In this document: piece by piece, positions 53,482 to 64,000 of the stretch
Layout: each line of letters starts with the position of its first letter
Numbering within the stretch: position 1 is the first letter of the stretch
DNA from: Neotamlana nanhaiensis
GTDB lineage: Bacteria > Bacteroidota > Bacteroidia > Flavobacteriales > Flavobacteriaceae
Assembly: GCF_000943555.1 (NCBI RefSeq)
Contig: NZ_JTDV01000002.1
Coordinates: forward strand, 296,831-360,830
Length of the DNA: 64,000 nucleotides
Direction: 5' to 3'
Translations under genes and position numbers: made by a program
Notes under the pieces: generated by a model
What the model saw: only the letters and a program-made list of their open reading frames with translations
Told to the model about the DNA's origin: nothing
Database searches by the model: none

Positions 53482-54747
53482 ATGATTAATAATAAAGTGC
53501 TATCCATTATTCTTGGCGGTGGTCAAGGCTCTCGATTACATCCTTTAACCGAAGAACGCTCTAAACCAGCAGTTCCTATTGCTGGGAAATACCGTTTGGT
53601 AGATATTCCTATATCAAACTGTATAAATTCCGATATTAAACGCATTTTTGTGTTAACACAATTTAACTCAGCCTCATTAAATAGGCATATAAAAAACACC
53701 TATCATTTTAGCTTTTTTAGTAGCGCTTTTGTTGATGTTTTAGCTGCAGAACAAACCCCTAAAAACAAAGGATGGTTTCAAGGTACAGCTGATGCAGTTC
53801 GCCAAAGTATGCACCATTTTGTGCGTCATGATTTTGAATATGCACTAATTCTTTCGGGCGATCAATTATATCAAATGGATTACGATAAAATGATCGCTGC
53901 ACACGAAGCTGCTAATGCCGAAATTTCTATTGCCACCATTCCGGTAAACGCTAAAGATGCCACCTCATTTGGTATTATGAAAGCCAACGATGAAAATGTA
54001 GTTACCTCGTTTATAGAAAAACCAGACGCTAGTTTATTACCAGATTGGACTTCGGAAGTTAGTGAAGAAATGAAAAACGAAGGCAGAAATTATCTTGCCT
54101 CAATGGGTATTTATATTTTTAATAGAGACCTGTTAATTAAATTAATGGAAGATGAAACAACCATTGATTTTGGAAAAGAAATTATTCCACAAACCATAAC
54201 AGAACACATAACGTTAAGTTACCAGTATGAAGGCTATTGGACCGATATTGGTAATATCGATTCCTTTTTTGAAGCAAACATTGGTTTAACCGACGATATT
54301 CCAAAATTTAATCTTTACGATAAGAAAAAGCGCATTTACACCAGAGCCAGAATGCTACCAACAACAAAAATTGCCGGTACTCAGTTGGACAAAGCGGTGA
54401 TATCTGAAGGTTGTATTATTTCAGCTTCAAAAATAGAGCGCTCAGTAATTGGTATTCGTTCTAGAATTGGTAAGGAGTCTGTGGTTAGCAATACCTACAT
54501 GATGGGTACAGACGCTTATGAAACGCTATTAGAAATTGAAGAAAAACAAATTAAAATTTTAAAAGGTATTGGCGAACGTTGTTTTATAAAAAATGCCATT
54601 CTCGATAAAAATTGCCGTATTGGTGATGACGTAACTATTGAAGGAGGTCCTCATTTAGAAAATACAGAAACCGATACGTACGCCATAAAAGAAGGCATAG
54701 TAGTAATAAAAAAAGGAGCCACAATTCCGTCAGGCTTCAAGTTATAA
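53482..54747 (+). CDS. glgC: Glucose-1-phosphate adenylyltransferase.
   Basis: ILGGGQGSRLHPLTEERSKPAVPIAGKYRLVDIPISNCINS. Confidence 0.9.
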   Translation: MINNKVLSIILGGGQGSRLHPLTEERSKPAVPIAGKYRLVDIPISNCINSDIKRIFVLTQFNSASLNRHIKNTYHFSFFSSAFVDVLAAEQTPKNKGWFQGTADAVRQSMHHFVRHDFEYALILSGDQLYQMDYDKMIAAHEAANAEISIATIPVNAKDATSFGIMKANDENVVTSFIEKPDASLLPDWTSEVSEEMKNEGRNYLASMGIYIFNRDLLIKLMEDETTIDFGKEIIPQTITEHITLSYQYEGYWTDIGNIDSFFEANIGLTDDIPKFNLYDKKKRIYTRARMLPTTKIAGTQLDKAVISEGCIISASKIERSVIGIRSRIGKESVVSNTYMMGTDAYETLLEIEEKQIKILKGIGERCFIKNAILDKNCRIGDDVTIEGGPHLENTETDTYAIKEGIVVIKKGATIPSGFKL

Positions 54748-54750
54748 TAT

Positions 54751-56658
54751 ATGGCACACGTTAAAGCACACAGTTTATTTACAGAATTTGATATAAATCT
54801 TTTTAAAGCCGGAAAACACTTTAGGCTATACGAAAAATTTGGATCGCACATTATTACTCTCGATGGTATAGAGGGCACCTACTTTGCAGTTTGGGCGCCT
54901 AGTGCTAAAGAAGTTTCGGTGGTGGGTGATTTTAATTATTGGACTGGTGACGAACACCAACTTAATGTACGTTGGGACTCTAGCGGTATTTGGGAGGGTT
55001 TTATACCTTTTGTTGGTAAAGGCAATTTGTACAAATACAAAATTGTAAGCCATCACCATGGTGTAGTTACCGAAAAATCCGATCCGTATGCACGCCGGTG
55101 TGAGCATCCGCCAAGTACAGCATCAATTGTTTGGGAAGACAATTACGGTTGGAAGGATACCGATTGGATGAAAAAACGTAAAAAACACAATGCTTTAAAC
55201 GCACCATATTCAGTTTACGAAGTTCACTTAGGTTCCTGGAAAAAAAAGGTTGAAGAAAACCGTTTTATGTCGTATTTCGAGCTTGCCGACGAGTTAGTAA
55301 CATACGTAAAAGACATGAATTTTACCCATGTTGAGCTTATGCCAATTATGGAATATCCTTTCGACCCCTCGTGGGGCTATCAATTAACAGGATATTTTGC
55401 ACCAACATCGCGCTATGGTTATCCCGAAGAATTTAAATATTTAGTCGATAAGTTACACCAAAACGATATTGGTATTATTCTAGATTGGGTGCCTTCGCAT
55501 TTCCCCGAAGATGCCCACGGTTTAGGCTTTTTTGATGGATCGCATTTATACGAACACCCCGATAAACGTAAAGGCTATCACCAAGACTGGAAAAGCCTAA
55601 TTTTTAATTACGAACGCAACGAAGTACGTTCATTTTTAATAAGTAACGCCATTTTTTGGCTAGACCAATACCATGCCGATGGCTTACGCGTAGACGCTGT
55701 TGCATCCATGCTATTTTTAGACTATTCGAGAGAAGATGGCGAGTGGGAACCAAACATATACGGTGGTCGCGAAAACCTTGCTGTAATTAGCTTTTTAAAA
55801 GAATTGAATAAAGAAGTTTACGCTTCGTTCCCCGATGTGCAAACTATTGCCGAAGAGTCTACAGCTTTCCCAATGGTATCGAAACCAACCGATATTGGCG
55901 GCTTAGGTTTTGGCATGAAATGGATGATGGGCTGGATGCATGATACTTTAGAATACTTTCAAAAAGATCCTGTTTACAGAAAATACCATCATAATGAAAT
56001 AACATTTAGTTTAGCTTACGCTTTTACCGAAAATTTTATGCTTCCGCTATCACATGATGAAGTCGTTTACGGTAAAAACTCCATTTTAGGCCGTATGCCT
56101 GGTGATGAGTGGCAACGTTTTGCGAACTTACGTTTGTTATATGGCTACATGTTCACGCATCCAGGAACCAAATTATTGTTTATGGGTAGTGAATTTGGGC
56201 AGTACAACGAATGGGATTTTCAAGAAAGCTTAGACTGGAATTTACTCGATTTTATTCCGCATCAAAACTTAAAAAAATACTATAAAGCTTTAAATACTTT
56301 TTATAGAAACACACCAGCTTTATATGAAAAACCCTTTGAAGGTGAAGGTTTTGAATGGATAAGTTACGACGACCATGAAAATAGTGTCATCTCATATATC
56401 CGTAAAGGCGATAATGCCGAACAAAACGTAGTTGTAATTTGTAATTTAACCCCAAGTTTAAGAGAAGATTATAGAATTGGATTGCCAGTATATGGTAAAA
56501 TAAACGAAGTTTTTAACAGCGATTCAACCGAGTTTGGAGGTAGTGGTGTTTCAAACAAAAAACCAATAAAAGCCGTAAAAAAACCTTGGAATGGTAAGTC
56601 CTTTTCTGCTAAAGTAACTTTACCACCATTATCGGTTATAATTTTTGAATTTTTATAA
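54751..56658 (+). CDS. glgB: 1,4-alpha-glucan branching enzyme (GH13).
   Basis: GH13 catalytic regions (GLRVDAV, EES, FLDYSRED) and an N-terminal CBM48-like region. Confidence 0.9.
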   Translation: MAHVKAHSLFTEFDINLFKAGKHFRLYEKFGSHIITLDGIEGTYFAVWAPSAKEVSVVGDFNYWTGDEHQLNVRWDSSGIWEGFIPFVGKGNLYKYKIVSHHHGVVTEKSDPYARRCEHPPSTASIVWEDNYGWKDTDWMKKRKKHNALNAPYSVYEVHLGSWKKKVEENRFMSYFELADELVTYVKDMNFTHVELMPIMEYPFDPSWGYQLTGYFAPTSRYGYPEEFKYLVDKLHQNDIGIILDWVPSHFPEDAHGLGFFDGSHLYEHPDKRKGYHQDWKSLIFNYERNEVRSFLISNAIFWLDQYHADGLRVDAVASMLFLDYSREDGEWEPNIYGGRENLAVISFLKELNKEVYASFPDVQTIAEESTAFPMVSKPTDIGGLGFGMKWMMGWMHDTLEYFQKDPVYRKYHHNEITFSLAYAFTENFMLPLSHDEVVYGKNSILGRMPGDEWQRFANLRLLYGYMFTHPGTKLLFMGSEFGQYNEWDFQESLDWNLLDFIPHQNLKKYYKALNTFYRNTPALYEKPFEGEGFEWISYDDHENSVISYIRKGDNAEQNVVVICNLTPSLREDYRIGLPVYGKINEVFNSDSTEFGGSGVSNKKPIKAVKKPWNGKSFSAKVTLPPLSVIIFEFL

Positions 56659-56735
56659 AAGAAATTGCAAATAAACTTTTATAAAAAGTATAAAAACGCT
56701 TATATTTTCAACTTCTTGCGTTATTGCAAAATTAA

Positions 56736-56780
56736 ACACCTAAATTTTTAATCTTTATTAATTTATTAGGTGTTTTTTTA
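56736..56780 (+). terminator. Rho-independent terminator after glgB.
   Basis: ACACCTAA ... TTAGGTGT stem followed by T6. Confidence 0.6.
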
Positions 56781-56848
56781 GCGAAAAGAAACGCAAGAGG
56801 TTTTTTTATTTTATTAAATTAGATACTTAACCTTATAAAGTATAAGCT

Positions 56849-59248
56849 ATGATACTTAATACAGAATTAGAATATAAAGGAAACTTGTTTCCTTCCAAGA
56901 TAATAAACTACGAAAAAAACATTAATGTACTTTCTTTTACAGCCGATAATGGGGTTGTTATGCAAATTACAGTTCGTAGAGACAGTATACTTCGCTTTAG
57001 ATATACAACTACTGGTATTTTTGAAAACGACTTTTCGTATGCCATAACCAAATATGCAAGTAGAGGTTATAATCATTTAGAAGTTGAAGAAGAAACCGAT
57101 GCTTACATAATTACCACCTCCAAATTAATTTGTAAAGTAGCAAAAGTAGATATGCGTATTTCGCTTTACGATGCTATTGATAATACATTAATTTGCGAAG
57201 ACGAACTTGGTTTCCATTGGGAAGAAAATTATGCCAATGGTGGTAATGTAGTAAAAATGTCTAAAACCGCGCAAGCTGGCGAATGTTACTATGGTTTGGG
57301 CGATAAACCAGTTGATAATAACCTAAAAGGCAAACGTTTTGAAAACTGGGTAACCGATTCGTATGCTTATGGCCGTGATACCGATCCTATCTACAAATCG
57401 ATACCATTTTATACGGCACTGCACAATAAAAAATCGTACGGTATATTTTTCGATAATTCGTTTCGTTCATATTTCGATTTTTGTCACGAACGTCGTAACA
57501 TAACTAGTTTTTGGGCTCATGGTGGCGAAATGAATTATTACTTTATTTACGGTCCAGAAATGTCGGAAGTTGTTACAAACTACACCGATTTAACAGGAAA
57601 ACCACACGAAATGCCAGCGCTTTGGGCATTAGGTTATCACCAATGCAAATGGAGTTACTATCCAGAATCGAAAGTAAAAGAAATCACCTCAAAATTTAGA
57701 GCACTCGAAATACCTTGTGATGCTATTTATTTAGATATCGATTATATGGAAGGTTTCCGATGCTTTACTTGGAGTAAAGAGTACTTTCCAGACCCAAAAC
57801 GCATGGTTAAAGAACTCGCCGACGATGGCTTTAAAACCATTGTAATTATTGACCCTGGAATTAAAATAGACATGGATTATTCGGTGTTTAAAGAAGGATT
57901 AGACAATGATTATTTTTGTAAACGTGCCGATGGCCCATACATGAAAGGTAAAGTTTGGCCAGGAGAATGTTATTTCCCAGATTTTACCAACCCAGAAGTA
58001 CGCGATTGGTGGTCCGATTTATTTCAAGAACTTATTGAAGATATTGGTGTAAAAGGCGTTTGGAACGATATGAACGAACCTGCCGTAATGGATGTTCCTG
58101 GAAAATCGTTTCCCGACGATGTAAGACACAATTACGATGGCAACTACTGTAGCCACCGTAAAGCGCATAACGTTTACGGTATGCAAATGGCACGTGCCAC
58201 CTACCAAGGTTTAAAAAAATTCTCATATCCTAAACGTCCGTTTGTAATTACCAGAGCCGCTTATTCGGGCACACAACGTTATACTTCGAGTTGGACGGGC
58301 GATAATATAGCCACTTGGGATCATTTAAATATTGCCAACCTACAAGCACAGCGCATGGCCATGTCTGGATTTTCGTTTGTAGGATCGGATATTGGTGGTT
58401 TTGCCGAACAACCAAACGGCGAACTTTATGCCAGATGGATACAATTAGGTATTTTTCATCCGTTTTGCCGCACGCACTCTTCGGGCGATCATGGCGACCA
58501 AGAACCTTGGGCTTTTGGCGATACTATAACCAACGTGGTTAAAAAATTTATTGAGCTACGCTATCAATTATTACCTTACTTATACACCGCGTTTTGGCGC
58601 CATGTAAGCGATGGTATTCCTATTTTAAAGTCGTTGGTATTGTACGATCAAGAAGATACCCAAACCCATTATAGAAACGACGAATTTATTTTTGGTGAAA
58701 AAATACTAGTTTGCCCTGTAAACGCTCCTAACCAAAAAGGACGACGCATGTATTTTCCTTATGGAAGATGGTATAATTTATGGACCGACGAAATTGTTAC
58801 TGGTGGCCAAGAAATGTGGGTTGATGCCGATTTAGATAGTATGCCTATTTTTGTTAGCGAAGGCGCCATTATACCAAAGTACCCAATACAACAATACGTT
58901 GGCGAAAAAACAATTGAAGAACTTACGTTAGATGTTTACTATAAATTAGGTAAAGAAGCTTCGCAAGTTTTCGAAGATGCTGGCGATGGCTACGATTATA
59001 TAAAAGGCCGTTACAGCCTAAGAGACTTTAAACTTACTGGTAAAGAAGACGAGCTTATTATACAACAATTTAAAACAGGTAAATACATTACTACCTATAA
59101 AACATTTAAACTTAATTTACATGGGTTACCATTTAAAATTAAAAAAATTGAAGTAGATAATGTTGAAATACCTATTAAAAACTTAATTTCAACAAGCAAT
59201 ACTTTAGTTTTAGATAAAGAATTTACAGAGCTTCATATTATGGCTTAA
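56849..59248 (+). CDS. Alpha-glucosidase, glycoside hydrolase family 31.
   Basis: Catalytic nucleophile region GVWNDMNEP and the acid/base region. Confidence 0.85.
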   Translation: MILNTELEYKGNLFPSKIINYEKNINVLSFTADNGVVMQITVRRDSILRFRYTTTGIFENDFSYAITKYASRGYNHLEVEEETDAYIITTSKLICKVAKVDMRISLYDAIDNTLICEDELGFHWEENYANGGNVVKMSKTAQAGECYYGLGDKPVDNNLKGKRFENWVTDSYAYGRDTDPIYKSIPFYTALHNKKSYGIFFDNSFRSYFDFCHERRNITSFWAHGGEMNYYFIYGPEMSEVVTNYTDLTGKPHEMPALWALGYHQCKWSYYPESKVKEITSKFRALEIPCDAIYLDIDYMEGFRCFTWSKEYFPDPKRMVKELADDGFKTIVIIDPGIKIDMDYSVFKEGLDNDYFCKRADGPYMKGKVWPGECYFPDFTNPEVRDWWSDLFQELIEDIGVKGVWNDMNEPAVMDVPGKSFPDDVRHNYDGNYCSHRKAHNVYGMQMARATYQGLKKFSYPKRPFVITRAAYSGTQRYTSSWTGDNIATWDHLNIANLQAQRMAMSGFSFVGSDIGGFAEQPNGELYARWIQLGIFHPFCRTHSSGDHGDQEPWAFGDTITNVVKKFIELRYQLLPYLYTAFWRHVSDGIPILKSLVLYDQEDTQTHYRNDEFIFGEKILVCPVNAPNQKGRRMYFPYGRWYNLWTDEIVTGGQEMWVDADLDSMPIFVSEGAIIPKYPIQQYVGEKTIEELTLDVYYKLGKEASQVFEDAGDGYDYIKGRYSLRDFKLTGKEDELIIQQFKTGKYITTYKTFKLNLHGLPFKIKKIEVDNVEIPIKNLISTSNTLVLDKEFTELHIMA

Positions 59249-59282
59249 ATTTTAAATAAAATATTAAAACCAAAAAGGTTAA

Positions 59283-59317
59283 AAGCTTCAAACCAAAAAT
59301 TTGAAGCTTTTTTTTAT
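59283..59317 (+). terminator. Rho-independent terminator after the GH31 gene.
   Basis: AAGCTTCAAA ... TTTGAAGCTT stem followed by T7. Confidence 0.65.
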
Positions 59318-59414
59318 TTCTATCTATCTTAATTACTTTAAAAAATGCTGTTCATCGGAAAAACATTTTAAAAATCAAGGCTTTAAATTTTATTTGTACC
59401 AGAACTATTTCCTG

Positions 59415-61301
59415 ATGAAAAAAATCTTACTCATATTAATTATTCTAGCACCACTAGGTTTACTAGTTGTAAATACTTCATCAGAATCATTAGTTACAAA
59501 CGTTGAAAATGATTCACTTTATAACCAAAACACAAACTTAAATTGGGAATACATAAAAGATAATGTTTTTGGAAACCAGTTAATCACTCGAAAAACGGTG
59601 GCTAGAAAAATTAATGGTCCTATTCTATTTACTCTTAACAACGCGAGCAAAAACGATAGTTTAGCCTTAACCGAAATACTATTAGAATTAAAAGAAGTAA
59701 TACCAAATAAAACGATTGACTATTTTAAAAGCTACACCAAAACTTCTTTTTCCGAGTTTATCGCAAACCCAACAAAAACAGAATTAAATGGTTATTCAAG
59801 GCATAATATTATCTCGTCTACTTTAAAATTAAATTTTTACACAGACGATTACATTAACAAAAAAGGTTCCAGCTACGAAACACTAGACTTATACTTTAGT
59901 TTTAAGAACACCACATCAACAAAAGAACGAACAAAATATTTACAATCTGAAATTCTAAAAACAATCTGTTTTTTACACAAAAAACCAGATGAAAACTTAT
60001 TTCTAAATCTAAAATATCCTACCGACGCCCTATTTAACGAACCAACTTACAACGTTTTAAATAAGGAATTTACAGCAATTGATAAATTTTTAGTTAATAA
60101 ATTGTATTCAAATAACTTTCAAGATGAATTTTCCAATTACATCTACAGTACTTATCCTTGGAGATATGCTAACATTTACCTTAATCCCAGAAAAACACAA
60201 CTACTAACTTTTACATGCATAGGTTTGTTTTGTATTGTACTTTTTACATTAGCATTTAATTTCTTTGGTAAAAACGACACGTCATTTTTGGGATACTTCT
60301 TTGCACTAACTATCATTTTTTTAGGATTAATAATAATTAACGGTTACTACAACTACTTCGTAGATATAGAAAAACCAGGTATTTCAACTCAAAATATAGT
60401 ATTACTCATTGTTTATATCTTAGGATTTTCATTTGTAAATGCTTCAATTTTATTTGTTATTGAAAGAAAACTAAAAATAATTTCTTTAAGTTTTTCATAC
60501 CAATTTCTTTTAAAGCTATTATTTACTTTTACTATAATTCAATTACCTATAATTATTGGTTTTTTTATTAATAACCTTCAATTAGATGTATTTATTTCCA
60601 ATTATACTCCTCTATTTTTTATATCTATTGTTTTAACGCTTGGCCGCGGTTTATTGATGTATCTAAACCATTTTTCGAAGACTTTAATACAACAAAAAGA
60701 CTTAGAATTAAGTCAGCTAAAAGCTTTAAATGCCAAAAATGAGCTAAAATCGCTTCATGCGCATATAGACCCACATTTTTTATACAATGCCTTAAATTCC
60801 ATTGCTAGTTTAATGCATGAAAGCGTGAATAAAGCCGAAGATATGATTATATCGTTATCTGATCTATTTCGCTATTCTATAAACAGAAAAGGTAAAAAAA
60901 TGAGCACCATTGAAGACGAAGTTTTAATGGTAGAAAACTATTTAAGGATTGAAAAAATTAGGTTTGGAGATCGTTTAAAATTCACTTTCAATGTCGATGA
61001 AAACCTGCTAGAAAAGCAAATACCCATGTACATTTTGCAACCATTAATTGAAAATGCAGTAAAACATGGTATTAATAAATTAGAAACGCCAGGAGAAATA
61101 AACTTAACAATACAACAACGTAGCAACAATTTAGTCATTACAATTAATGATAACGGTGCCGATTTTCCAACAGATTTATATGGCGGCTATGGCTTACAGT
61201 CTGTTTACGATTTATTACGATTAAGTTATGGTAATAAAGCTTCAATAAACTGGACCAACGCGCCTAAACAAATTACAATTATAATGCCTACAACCATATA
61301 A
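59415..61301 (+). CDS. Sensor histidine kinase, LytS/YehU-type (His_kinase domain) with a large N-terminal extracytoplasmic domain. Start moved past the terminator to MKKILLIL.
   Basis: LHAHIDPHFLYNALNSIASLM core, HATPase_c motifs, a signal/TM start, and a TM block at roughly residues 300-440. Confidence 0.8.
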   Translation: MKKILLILIILAPLGLLVVNTSSESLVTNVENDSLYNQNTNLNWEYIKDNVFGNQLITRKTVARKINGPILFTLNNASKNDSLALTEILLELKEVIPNKTIDYFKSYTKTSFSEFIANPTKTELNGYSRHNIISSTLKLNFYTDDYINKKGSSYETLDLYFSFKNTTSTKERTKYLQSEILKTICFLHKKPDENLFLNLKYPTDALFNEPTYNVLNKEFTAIDKFLVNKLYSNNFQDEFSNYIYSTYPWRYANIYLNPRKTQLLTFTCIGLFCIVLFTLAFNFFGKNDTSFLGYFFALTIIFLGLIIINGYYNYFVDIEKPGISTQNIVLLIVYILGFSFVNASILFVIERKLKIISLSFSYQFLLKLLFTFTIIQLPIIIGFFINNLQLDVFISNYTPLFFISIVLTLGRGLLMYLNHFSKTLIQQKDLELSQLKALNAKNELKSLHAHIDPHFLYNALNSIASLMHESVNKAEDMIISLSDLFRYSINRKGKKMSTIEDEVLMVENYLRIEKIRFGDRLKFTFNVDENLLEKQIPMYILQPLIENAVKHGINKLETPGEINLTIQQRSNNLVITINDNGADFPTDLYGGYGLQSVYDLLRLSYGNKASINWTNAPKQITIIMPTTI

Positions 61302-61303
61302 AA

Positions 61304-62065
61304 ATGAATAAACCATACACCGTTTTAATAATTGACGACGAGCACTTAGCAAGGTTACGCCTTAAAAAACTTGTTGAAAAATTTACTGAAGCATTTACTC
61401 TTGTTGGTGAAGCTAAAAACGGTATTGAGGCTTTAAAATTAATTGACGATATAAAACCAGACCTTATTTTTTTAGATATAGAAATGCCAGGTTTAACAGG
61501 TTTCGAGCTATTAAAAAAACTAAACCATATACCATTAATTATTTTCTGTACAGCTTTTGAAGATTACTCACTAAAAGCTTTTGAAAGCAATAGTATAGAC
61601 TATTTAATAAAACCTGTAAAAGAAAAACGTTTAGAACAAACCGTTTTAAAATTACAACAGTTAAAAGATAACTTCTCGAAAGAAAACGTATTAACAGCAC
61701 TAAGCAATATTGCTTTAAAAAAGAAAGACAATACCATAGCTTCAATAGCAGTAAAAAAGGGCGATAAAATTGTATTTGTAAAACTAGAAGACATCAGCCA
61801 CTTTAAGGCCACAGAAAAGTATGTTACGCTATTTACAAATAGTGGTTGCGAACTTATAGAACAATCGTTAACCCAATTAGAAAACAAATTACCATCACAT
61901 TTTTTACGCGTTCACCGCAGTTATTTAATTAACACACATTACGTTAAAGACTTTCAAAAGTATTTTAACAACCGATATATTATAAACTTAAATAATAGTA
62001 AAAAAACTATAATTACTTCAGGAAGAAGTTATAAAAACAATATTAAATCATTCATTAATCCGTAA
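61304..62065 (+). CDS. LytTR family two-component response regulator.
   Basis: Receiver domain (LIIDDE...DLIFLDIEMPGLTGFELL) plus a C-terminal LytTR DNA-binding domain. Confidence 0.85.
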   Translation: MNKPYTVLIIDDEHLARLRLKKLVEKFTEAFTLVGEAKNGIEALKLIDDIKPDLIFLDIEMPGLTGFELLKKLNHIPLIIFCTAFEDYSLKAFESNSIDYLIKPVKEKRLEQTVLKLQQLKDNFSKENVLTALSNIALKKKDNTIASIAVKKGDKIVFVKLEDISHFKATEKYVTLFTNSGCELIEQSLTQLENKLPSHFLRVHRSYLINTHYVKDFQKYFNNRYIINLNNSKKTIITSGRSYKNNIKSFINP

Positions 62066-62076
62066 AAAACTAAATC

Positions 62077-63894
62077 ATGAAAAACCTTGTAATTATGTTA
62101 TTTATAGCTGTTATCACCTTTACAGGGAATGCTAACAACTTAAATATAACAACAAAAGTTAATGATAGCGAGATACCTAAAGAGGTACAAAAGTGGTTAG
62201 ACAAAGAACTAGCAAATACCACCACAAAAGTACTTGAAGACTTCGAGAGTCCTGAATTTTACACCAGCAAAACAGCCAAAGTAATTGGTTATATAAAAGG
62301 TTACGACAAAACCGTTGGTGCAAAAACAGGTATATTCTACTACGATAATCAATTAACACGAGAAAACAACCCGCGTGTTATAGAAATTCATTCCGATGGT
62401 CGCTTTGAGTTAGAACTACCATTAGCATACCCAACACAAGATTGTTTTGTAATAAACAAACAGGTTATTAGTTTTTACTTAGAACCAGGACAAAATCTAT
62501 CAGTAATACTAAACTGGGAAGATATTAAACAATCAAATCGCATTTCTTATCCTTTAAAAAATGTGGTTTACCAAGGTGCTTTATCGAATATAAATAGAGA
62601 TTTACTGTATTATAAACCAGACTATTCGCATGGCGATTTCCAAAAAAAAGAAGCAACCATGCAGCCCGCACCTTTTAAAAAAGATGTATTAGAATTTAAA
62701 GACCTTCATTTAAATAAAATAAATGCTTACTTACAAAGTGGCGATATAGACAAAAAAACAGGCGAATTATTAAAAAACGAAATTATACTTGCCGCCTATT
62801 ACTTTCTTTTTGATTATTACTCTTTTGGATATTACGGTTCAGGACAACGCAAAGAAAATAAGATTAATGATACTGTTCCTAATGATTATTATGACTTTAT
62901 AAAAGATTTACCACTGCACAAACAATCTTTATTAGTGAGCAGTCAATTTTCTAGTTTTATAAATCGATTAGAATATGCTGACCCCTTAAAATACAAAGAA
63001 AAAACAATTCGTACTTATGGATTTTCACAAGAAAATTTTATAAAATTTTTGGAAAGAAAAAACATAAAAGTGAGTAAAGCAGAAAAAGAAACTGCTGAAA
63101 TATTTTTAAAAAATAAAGAAAAGACCTCTCCAGATATTCTAAAAAAGATAGGTGAATTTAACACAAAACACCAATCATATTTTAAGGAATATTTAAATCT
63201 TGAAAAAGAAAAATCTCAAGATCAAGCTAAACAAAGTTTTAAAAAAACATGGCATATTAGAGATTCTCTAGCTAGTAATTTAGGGGTTAAAAACAATTTA
63301 ATTTATGAGATTATAAAATCTAGAACATTAAAATTTATTATGGAATCTAGTATTTATACCGATAAAGCTTGGTATTGGTCGCAACTTAAAAACGATATTA
63401 AAAGTCCGCATTTAAAAACCCTTGGAGACGATTTGTATAAAAGAGAATTAAACAAACCCGAACATTATAAATTACCAGAAAACGATAAAGGAGCGCAAAT
63501 TTTTAAAAAGCTTATGGCACCATACAAGGGCAAAATAGTTATTGTTCAGTTTTGGAATCCATACTCCTATTACAAACGAGAAAACCTAAAAAGAATAAAA
63601 GAACGACGTAACTATTATAAAAACAATAACGACATCGTATTTTTAAATATTGCTAATAGAAACAGGACTTCAAAGAAAAAACATGACGAGAGTGTAAAAG
63701 AAAACGGATTTACAAATGCTATTGGCATATCTCAAGACGATTATAATTATTTAAGACAACTTTTTAAGTTTAACACTTCGGTTCATGATGTATTAGTAGA
63801 TAAAGATGGTGAAACCGTTTACAACGACAGTTTTGAAGCTCATAATATTGAGTCCTTTTTAATATCGAAATTTAATATTACTGCAGAAAAATAG
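62077..63894 (+). CDS. Secreted protein with a C-terminal TlpA-like thioredoxin fold lacking the CxxC motif.
   Basis: Signal peptide. The C-terminal GKIVIVQFWNPYSYYKRENL...IVFLNIA...LVDKDGETVYN follows the TlpA pattern with CxxC replaced by PYSY. Confidence 0.5.
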   Translation: MKNLVIMLFIAVITFTGNANNLNITTKVNDSEIPKEVQKWLDKELANTTTKVLEDFESPEFYTSKTAKVIGYIKGYDKTVGAKTGIFYYDNQLTRENNPRVIEIHSDGRFELELPLAYPTQDCFVINKQVISFYLEPGQNLSVILNWEDIKQSNRISYPLKNVVYQGALSNINRDLLYYKPDYSHGDFQKKEATMQPAPFKKDVLEFKDLHLNKINAYLQSGDIDKKTGELLKNEIILAAYYFLFDYYSFGYYGSGQRKENKINDTVPNDYYDFIKDLPLHKQSLLVSSQFSSFINRLEYADPLKYKEKTIRTYGFSQENFIKFLERKNIKVSKAEKETAEIFLKNKEKTSPDILKKIGEFNTKHQSYFKEYLNLEKEKSQDQAKQSFKKTWHIRDSLASNLGVKNNLIYEIIKSRTLKFIMESSIYTDKAWYWSQLKNDIKSPHLKTLGDDLYKRELNKPEHYKLPENDKGAQIFKKLMAPYKGKIVIVQFWNPYSYYKRENLKRIKERRNYYKNNNDIVFLNIANRNRTSKKKHDESVKENGFTNAIGISQDDYNYLRQLFKFNTSVHDVLVDKDGETVYNDSFEAHNIESFLISKFNITAEK

Positions 63895-63933
63895 TGTGCT
63901 AAATGTGCTTTTGTTGTTAAATAAAGAAACGTC

Positions 63934-63999
63934 TATTGTCATCTTTAGCCCAGTCGAAAGATCTAAACTTAAGTTTCGATTGGGCTAAAGATGACAATA
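63934..63999. repeat. Palindromic MITE/REP-like element: 26-bp inverted-repeat arms TATTGTCATCTTTAGCCCAGTCGAAA / TTTCGATTGGGCTAAAGATGACAATA.
   Basis: The arms are reverse complements with 1 mismatch and a 13-bp spacer. Same family as 45705-45783. Confidence 0.6.
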
Positions 64000-64000
64000 C

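Noticed and set aside
59301-59414. Upstream extension of the histidine kinase ORF (MKLFFISIYLNYFKK...).
   Set aside because: It overlaps the GH31 terminator hairpin. A signal-peptide-like start, MKKILLILIIL, occurs at 59415.

Overview
This window looks like chromosomal DNA from a low-GC Bacteroidota (Flavobacteriia-like) genome. I infer that from the sequence: a SusC/SusD pair, Bacteroidetes-type TAnnTTTG-like promoter motifs, and a LytS/LytTR two-component system. Most genes are housekeeping: recJ, rsmI, tdk, alr, mscL, asd, accBC, fabH, rpmF, pdxA, riboflavin synthase, rbfA, dusB, lepA, a glgA-glgC-glgB-GH31 glycogen cluster, and two tRNAs. Nothing suggests a plasmid or a prophage core. No CRISPR array is present.

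The most unusual locus is at roughly 28.2-34.3 kb. It holds a BrxR/CapW-like regulator gene (wHTH-WYL-WCX architecture). A 19-22 bp operator-like motif (TACGCAAA-N3-ATTGCGCA) occurs three times: upstream of the regulator gene, and within two near-identical 36-bp promoter-like blocks, P1 and P2. P1 precedes an ~800-bp region with no ORF. That region contains two tandem tRNA-like modules: T-arm-like hairpins with a conserved TTCGAAT loop, each followed by a second hairpin with a conserved TCTAACGG loop, with compensatory stem changes between the copies, plus a D-arm-like hairpin. Downstream lies a cytosolic SPFH/band-7 protein gene. P2 precedes a divergent RtcB-family RNA ligase gene. I read this as a candidate WYL-controlled RNA repair or defence module with a Y-RNA-like tRNA-mimic ncRNA; no Ro60/Rsr gene is present. 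The ncRNA and module calls are hypotheses; the repeats and hairpins are seen directly in the sequence.

Other observations: the first ~1.5 kb looks like the distal end of an integrated element abutting the 3' end of tRNA-Ala, with an excisionase-like HTH gene and an unknown gene. Two small dispersed repeat families are present. One is a palindromic MITE/REP-like family with a GTCA..TGAGCGCAG.CGAA core. The other is a bipartite element, AGTGGCATCCTTTT...AAAAGATATAACG, with three copies. An 806-aa protein carries a TonB-receptor plug domain at its extreme C-terminus.
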